Assembly (NCBI RefSeq): GCF_964188315.1
Contig: NC_135658.1
Location: forward strand, 3,224,001 to 3,288,000
Length of the DNA: 64,000 nt
DNA from: Podarcis muralis
Lineage: Eukaryota
Reading direction: 5' to 3'
The notes below the pieces were generated by a model. That model did no database searches, had not been told where the DNA came from, and saw only the letters and a list, made by a program, of their open reading frames with translations. Positions 59,420 through 64,000 of this stretch are shown here, in pieces (position 1 is the first letter of the stretch; each line of letters starts with the position of its first letter). The position numbers were made by a program, and so were the translations under genes.

Positions 59420-60050
59420 TGTCATGGACTGGTTGGGCACAGAGGAATGGTGGGAGGAAGCAGCCAGGAAACCAGGAAAGGAAGACGACTCAGAGCCCAA
59501 GGAGCGGAAGTGGAGGAAGGATGAGCGGTCAGAGGGAGAAGAGGAAGAAGCCTGGGAAGAGGAGGTGTCAGAAGCTGAAGAGGCAACAGGGCTTAGTGAG
59601 CTGGGAGACTCTGTGGCAGAATGCAGTCCACAATCGGAGGCAGAAGAGGAAGGAGGCGAGTGGGCAGAGGGAGGGCGAGAGGCAGAGGTGAGTCAGGAGA
59701 AGGAGGAGCCACCGGGGGCTCCCTCTCCTTCTGCCAGAAGCCACCCTCCCTGCTTGTCTCTCAGAGCCAGGAGACGTCTGACAATGGAGGAGCAAAGGCA
59801 GGCTGCACACTGGCACACTGTTCAATCGCTTGCCAGAAACCCGAGAGAGGAGGGGACTTGGAAAGCTGTGGGGAGCCGGGGGTCTTAACTCTCTGCAACT
59901 GCTTTTGTGGAGGAAGAGGCTCAGGGAATGAGCTGCTGTTCTCAGTAGGCCTGAAACTCAGCCAAGCCTGTGAATATCATGTTCTTGCTAATAAAGAGTA
60001 AACTCCAGCTGTGAACTGTGGGATTTCCTGACCATATGTCTCCGTGATAC
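59420..60050 (+). mobile_element. Probable solo LTR with a Glu-rich ORF, in ZNF intron 3
   Basis: Starts TGTCATGG with a purine-rich body and AATAAA at 59990-59995. The 3' end and TSD could not be resolved. Confidence 0.6.
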
Positions 60051-60603
60051 CACATTCTGAATTTTGCCAGTAGGATTCATCTGTAGTTGCAGTTTTCCTG
60101 GAATCCTAGGGTTGAAAGGGACCCAAAGGGTCATCAGGTCCAACCCCCTGCATTGCTAGATCACCCAAAACAGATGGCCATCCAAACTAGGCTTCTTTTA
60201 TTTCTATATTCATCATTGAATGCTAAAAAAAGGTTCCTAAGCAGTGGACAGACAATAACAAATAGTGTCCAGGATTCTCCTAGCTAGCCCCATCCTCTGC
60301 AAAATGGGGCCTGCCCCCCACTCCTCCCCCTCTCCATGCCCCCATGAACCCCTTGAATTTGGCTCTGGGGCATTGGGAGGGAACCTCCCCAGAACAACTC
60401 ATGAGGAGAGGAGAAAGTGGATCCTTCCATCTGGGAAACTGGAATTCTTGCATAAGCAGAATGACTTGAAAAACACAATGTGGAGTTACACCTATTTGCA
60501 CAAAGACAAATACCCATAGTTAAATACCCATACACAACTGAGATTTCTGTAGCAGATCATATTTCTGCTGTCTCAGAGGAGGACATTTCCCTTTTTCTTT
60601 TAG

Positions 60604-60730
60604 GTTCCAGTGTGCTTTGAAGATATTGCTGTTTGTTTCACGGACGAGGAGTGGGTGTTGCTGGATCCTGACCAGAGAGCTCTGCATAAGGATGTCATGG
60701 AGGAGAATCTTGGGATCGTGGCCTCTCTTT
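60604..60730 (+). CDS. ZNF coding exon 4 (KRAB-A box)
   Basis: [42 protein letters not shown]. Canonical 127-nt KRAB-A exon length, phase 0 to 1. Confidence 0.92.
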
Positions 60731-61290
60731 GTAAGGCTCCTTGTGGGATCGTAATATCTGTATTGAAATTCAAAACTTATCTCTCTGAGATGAACCTAAT
60801 ATATTTTCAGAGCTCAATATCTTCCCCTACAACACATGAGATTACAACATCCCCCAATAAACATCGAAGAGTAAATTACTCTTTTTCCTATGAATTTTCT
60901 TCCTCCAGTTGCAGCTTCTTAAACAATTACCAGGTAAAATGCCATGTAAAATTGCCATGTAAAATGTCAGCTTCAAGTTGTTAGGAAAGATAAGTAGCTT
61001 CTGTCAGGTTTTGTTTTTGCTCCTGTAAGTTTTTGGTTGACCAAAGAGATGACTGACTTTGGAGATGGAGGGGATGCCATGACTGGACCAAGCAAAATCC
61101 ATCCCAGAGAAGAGCCAGGCTTATCAAATTTCACATTCCCATAAGTGTGTTAGATAATGGCAGACAACAAAGGTTGACCTCACATCCAACTCCCTTCAGT
61201 TCTTCCATCGCAATCTTTAATTAGCATCATTACATAATTGGGGGCTCTATTTGTTCCTGAGGCTCCAATCCCTTTTTTTCTCCATTACAG

Positions 61291-62459
61291 ATTGTGATGA
61301 ATTGGAAATCAAGAACAAAGGTGACCACAACAAAATCCCCAGAAAGGAGAAGCCACATAAAAATTTGGAGTGTGGAGAGAGCTGCAGTCAGAGCTCCCAG
61401 CTCACTTCCCATGAAAGAACTCATACAGGGGAGAAACCTTATCAGTGTGGAAAATGCAGCCAGGGCTTTAGTAGAAGCGCAGATCTACATTCACACCAGA
61501 AAATTCACAGTGGGGAGAAACGATTTAAATGTGAAGAGTGTGGAAAGAGCTTCATTCGCAGATCCTCTCTCACTTCCCATCAAATAACTCATACAGGGGA
61601 GAAACCTTATGAGTGTGGAGAATGCAGGAAGGGCTTTGCTAGAAACACAGATTTACGTTTACATCAGAGAATTCACAGTGGGGAGAAACCATATCAGTGT
61701 GTGGAATGTGGAAAGAGCTTCAGTACCAGCTCCTATCTCACTTCCCATCAGAGAATTCACAGCGGGGCAAAACCATATCAGTGCGTGGAATGTGGAAAGA
61801 GTTTCACCTGGAAGAACACTCTCACTATCCATCAAATAATTCATACAGGGGAGGAACCCTATCACTGCTTGGAATGTGGGAAGAGCTTCAGTAAGAGCTC
61901 CTCTTTCACTTCACATCAAAGAATCCATACAGGAGAGAAACCTTATCAGTGTGTGGAATGTGGGAAGAGCTTCAATAAGAAGGACACTCTCACATCCCAT
62001 CAAAGAATTCATACAGGGGAGAAACCCTATCAGTGTGTGGAATGTGGAAAAAGCTTCAATACAAGCTCCTCTCTCACTTCACATCAGAAAATTCATACAG
62101 GGGAAAAACCCCATCAGTGTTTGGCATGTGGAAAGAGCTTTGGTCACAGAAGCTCTCTCACATCCCATCAAAGAGTTCATACGGGGGTGAAACCCTATCA
62201 GTGTGTGGAGTGTGGAAAAAGCTTCAGCACGAGCTCCTCTCTTACTTCCCATCACTTAATTCATACAGAGCAGAAGCCATATCAGTGCTTGGATTGTGGA
62301 AAGACCTTCAGTCAGAAAGGTAATCTCGCTTCCCATCAAAGAATTCACACAGGGGAGAAACCATATCATTGTGTGGAATGTGGAAAGAGCTTCAGCTGGA
62401 AGCAAAATCTCACTTCCCATCAAAGAACTCATATAGGGGAGAATCTGAGAATCCTTTAA
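61291..62459 (+). CDS. ZNF coding exon 5 (1 degenerate plus 12 intact C2H2 fingers)
   Basis: tccattacAG acceptor. C-x2-C-x3-F-x5-L-x2-H-x3-H repeats with TGEKP-type linkers; stop TAA at 62457-62459. Confidence 0.96.
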
Positions 62460-62640
62460 CTGTGGAGTTGGAGGTGACCCCTAATGTAATCTAGTCCAAC
62501 CTGCTGCAATGTAGAAATCACAACGAAAGCCTCCATGATGGAGAGCCATCTAATGTCCGCTGGCCTCCAATAAATGAGAGTTCACTACTTTAAAGGGAGT
62601 CCACTTCACTGTATAACAGCTCTTACCATTAAAAAGTTCT

Positions 62641-62817
62641 AGATACAGGTAGGTAGCCGTGTTGGTCTGCCATAGTCGAAACAAAATAAAAAAATTCCTT
62701 CCAGTAGCACCTTAGAGACCAACTAAGTTTGTTATTGGTATGAGCTTTGGTGTGCATGCACACTTCTTCAGAGAGGTATCTGAAGAAGTGAGCATGCACA
62801 TGAAAGCTCATACTATG
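62641..62817. mobile_element. Penelope-like element terminal-repeat fragment with an inverted arm
   Basis: 10-bp TSD AAAAAGTTCT at 62631-62640 and 62818-62827. Contains back-to-back hammerhead motifs. Confidence 0.72.
62775..62814 (+). ncRNA. Minimal type I hammerhead ribozyme motif
   Basis: GGUAU-CUGAAGA-A-GUGAGCAUGCACAU-GAAA-GCUC-AUACU: both core boxes, stem I, stem II and a palindromic AGCU stem III. Confidence 0.7.
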
Positions 62818-63194
62818 AAAAAGTTCTTCCTGATGTTTCATTAGAATCTCCTTTGTGGTAACTGGAAGACATTTCTTCAGGTCCTACTCTATGGAGCCAG
62901 AGAAAGCAAGCTTACTCCATCTTCTATGACACAAGTTATTCAAAGATGGCTCTCATGGCCCCTCTCAGTCTCCTCTTCTCCAGGCTAAACATACCCAACT
63001 CCCTCGGCTTTTCCACATAATGCTTGGTTTCCAGACCCTTGATTATCTTGGTAGCCCTCCTCTGCACGTGTTCCAGCTTGTCAATATCCTTCTTAGTAGT
63101 TATTCTTTATTTATTTAATTTATGTAGCACCCTTCATCCACATATTTCAAGGCGGTTCACATCATACAGGATAAAAGTATGGGTTTCTCAAAAA

Positions 63195-64000
63195 CAAGTC
63201 ATGCAAGACAAATCATTTTATGGAGTTACAAGCTTGGTGGATCAGGGGAATGCTGTGTGCATAGTGTATCTTGATTTCAGTAAGTCCCCCATGATATTCT
63301 TGCAAGAAAACTGTTGAAATGTGGTTCTAGATTCAGGTAGGTAGTCAGCCGTGTTGTTCTGACGCAATCAAAATATATATAAAAAATAAAGAAATTGTCC
63401 AGTAGCACCTTAGAGACCAATTAACTTTGTTCTTGGTATAAGCTTTCGTGTACTTATACCAAGAACAAACTTAGTTGGTCTCTAAGGTGCTACTGGACAA
63501 TTTCTTTATTTTTTTTATATATGTTGAAATGTGGGTTGAATGAGGTAACCATTAGGTGGATTTGTAGTTGGTTGACTGACAGAACCCAAAGAGTTCTCAT
63601 TAATGGTTCCTTGTCATCGTAGGAAAAATTGACAAGTTGGGTGTTGTTGTTCAATGTTTTTATAAACTATTTGCATGAAGGGGATTGAGGGGATGCTAAT
63701 CAAATTTGCAGGTGACACCAAACTGGGAGGGGTTGCTAATGCTGCAGAAGACACAATCGGGATTCAAAATGACCGTAACAGATTGGATAACTGGGCACAA
63801 GCTAACAATGATTTTCAGTAAAGACATATGTAAGGTTTTGCACTTAGGCAGGAAGAACCAGGTGCACAAATATAAGATGGGGGATATCTGGCTTACTAGC
63901 ATTACAGGTGAAAAGGAACTAGGAGTTGTGGTGGACTGCCTGCTTAACCTAAGTCAACAGTGTGATGCAGCAGCAAAAAAGCTAATTCTATTCTAGGCTA
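63195..64000 (+). mobile_element. CR1 LINE RT-domain fragment, degenerate
   Basis: VDQGNAVCIVYLDFSK, a FAGDTKLGG (FADD-equivalent) motif, and CKVLHLGRKN. Confidence 0.85.
63325..63521. mobile_element. Second Penelope-like fold-back insertion
   Basis: 13-bp TSD TGTTGAAATGTGG at 63312-63324 and 63522-63534. About 70-bp inverted arms around loop 63443-63452, with the same start (CAGGTAGGTAG) as 62641. Confidence 0.75.

Larger units (their letters stand above)
62460..63095 (-). mobile_element. CR1 LINE 3' fragment, host of the first Penelope-type insert
   Basis: Reverse complement of the CR1 C-terminus and 3' UTR. Boundaries approximate. Confidence 0.78.

Noticed and set aside
61420-62440. 84-bp periodic repeats resembling a CRISPR array
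   Set aside because: They are C2H2 finger codons in a vertebrate gene.

Overview
Squamate (most likely lacertid lizard) genomic DNA, judged from Sauria/Squam-type SINEs and BovB, CR1 and L2 LINE tails. The window holds the edge of a class I olfactory receptor cluster with six intact single-exon ORs: an OR52B-like gene, an OR52K-like gene, three tandem OR51E2-like paralogues, and one divergently oriented OR51 with a long C-tail. These are followed by a complete 5-coding-exon SCAN-KRAB-C2H2 zinc-finger gene (617 aa, 12 intact fingers plus 1 degenerate). Intergenic and intronic DNA is dense with nested transposons, many with visible target-site duplications (TSDs), and there are two N-gaps. Most notable observations: (1) a minimal type I hammerhead ribozyme in a Penelope-type fold-back insertion just 3' of the ZNF stop; (2) two different solo LTRs that each carry a long acidic ORF opening at LTR base 2, one fused in frame to the ZNF SCAN/linker exons and supplying a poly(A) signal; (3) the OR51E2-like triplet, whose middle gene looks like an unequal-crossover hybrid, whose L158-equivalent pocket residue is F/P/L, and whose third copy lost both ECL2 cysteines and gained two N-glycosylation sequons; (4) a TSD-flanked L1-like non-autonomous element with its own 170-aa ORF. 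Repeat family names come from recalled consensus sequences, not a database search, and unanchored repeat boundaries are approximate.
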